Of a stretch of 64,000 bases of DNA, positions 63,130 to 64,000 are shown in pieces. The stretch covers positions 16,246,001 through 16,310,000 of the forward strand of contig CM119371.1 in the NCBI GenBank assembly GCA_051294905.1, in the 5' to 3' direction. Numbering within the stretch: the first letter of the stretch is position 1; every line of letters starts with the position of its first letter. This stretch comes from Botryllus schlosseri (Eukaryota). Made by a program: the position numbers and the translations under genes. The notes below the pieces were generated by a model that saw only the letters and a program-made list of their open reading frames with translations, was not told where the DNA came from and did not search any database.

Positions 63130-64000
63130 GCTAGGGGTTTACTCAACTACTAATTGTTTCGAATTACGTGTTGTACCTTGCAGCACATGTCAGGTTGATA
63201 ACCCAACTACCCATGTATCTCAATTTTTTGTGGTTCATTGAACTGACAAAAATTGCTAATAAACCGAACTGTCTTGAAAAGCTAAAAAAATGACAGCGTC
63301 AGTATATTTCTTCATCGTACAATAGAGAATGACACCGCTTAGTCTTGTGACCCACAACTCGCGTGGTAATCGGCCAATCTGATAGGCGTGTATACTGCGC
63401 AGTTATTAATTTACGATATTTCAGTGACGCTTATGTCCAGTATTGGCCTTGTGCATCACGACATTGATATTGTATAGATCAGCTCAATGACTTCATATCT
63501 TTCGCATCTTCTTCATCCGCTTCAATCTTTCACTCTTCAGTCACAGACTCTCTCGCATGCATCCAACTTCGGGTCTCTGGTGCCGCGTGGCTTACTGTGT
63601 TTCTGCACTTTTTCACGATACTGTTAGTACAGCGGGTTCGGTGATGAGGAGCACAGATAACCTACGACACATAAAAACCAGCCCGAACTGGGGTGTGAGC
63701 CAGTTCCCATAGGTGTCGTAGCGCAGTCGTTTTACGCACTGCCCCACTCGAAGTGAATGTGTTCCAACCGCTAAGCGTCGACACCAATGTGTTGCGAGTC
63801 TGACCGAGGTCGACTTAGAACTCCTTCCGAATTCTTGGAAGATTATGTAGGCTCCGCCTCGTCATCCGATGTTAAACAATGCCTCAGAATAGCCTAGAAT
63901 GGAAGTGGGCTATGCTGACCGTTGGCAGTACAGGAATCATAAAGAAGGAATATCGGCTTGGTGTAAAATGACCAATGTAGTCGGAACATCGTTAATACTA

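Overview
AT-rich, transposon-dense eukaryotic (metazoan) genomic DNA; it looks like a marine invertebrate, possibly an ascidian, but the organism is a guess. The window holds most of one spliced integrin beta subunit gene on the minus strand. I read 13 GT-AG exons from ATG 44801 down to 1429 (1890 nt, 630 codons, all phases compatible), covering signal peptide, PSI, hybrid, beta-I/MIDAS and I-EGF1-4. The beta-tail, TM and cytoplasmic exons lie left of the window. Introns and upstream DNA are packed with nested 8-bp-TSD hAT-type MITEs, foldback elements, tRNA-derived SINEs, a probable solo LTR, and decayed hAT, Chapaev-like and LINE coding remnants. Highlights: (1) two related Penelope-like (GIY-YIG) insertions with inverted pseudo-LTRs carry four minimal type I hammerhead ribozyme motifs that show covariation and a shared candidate pseudoknot, one lying sense in an integrin intron; (2) an inverted MITE pair tightly brackets a 378-nt all-phase-0 three-exon cassette, a circRNA or exon-skipping candidate. 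Coordinates were read by eye and TE superfamily labels rest on TIR/TSD signatures and remembered motifs, not database searches.
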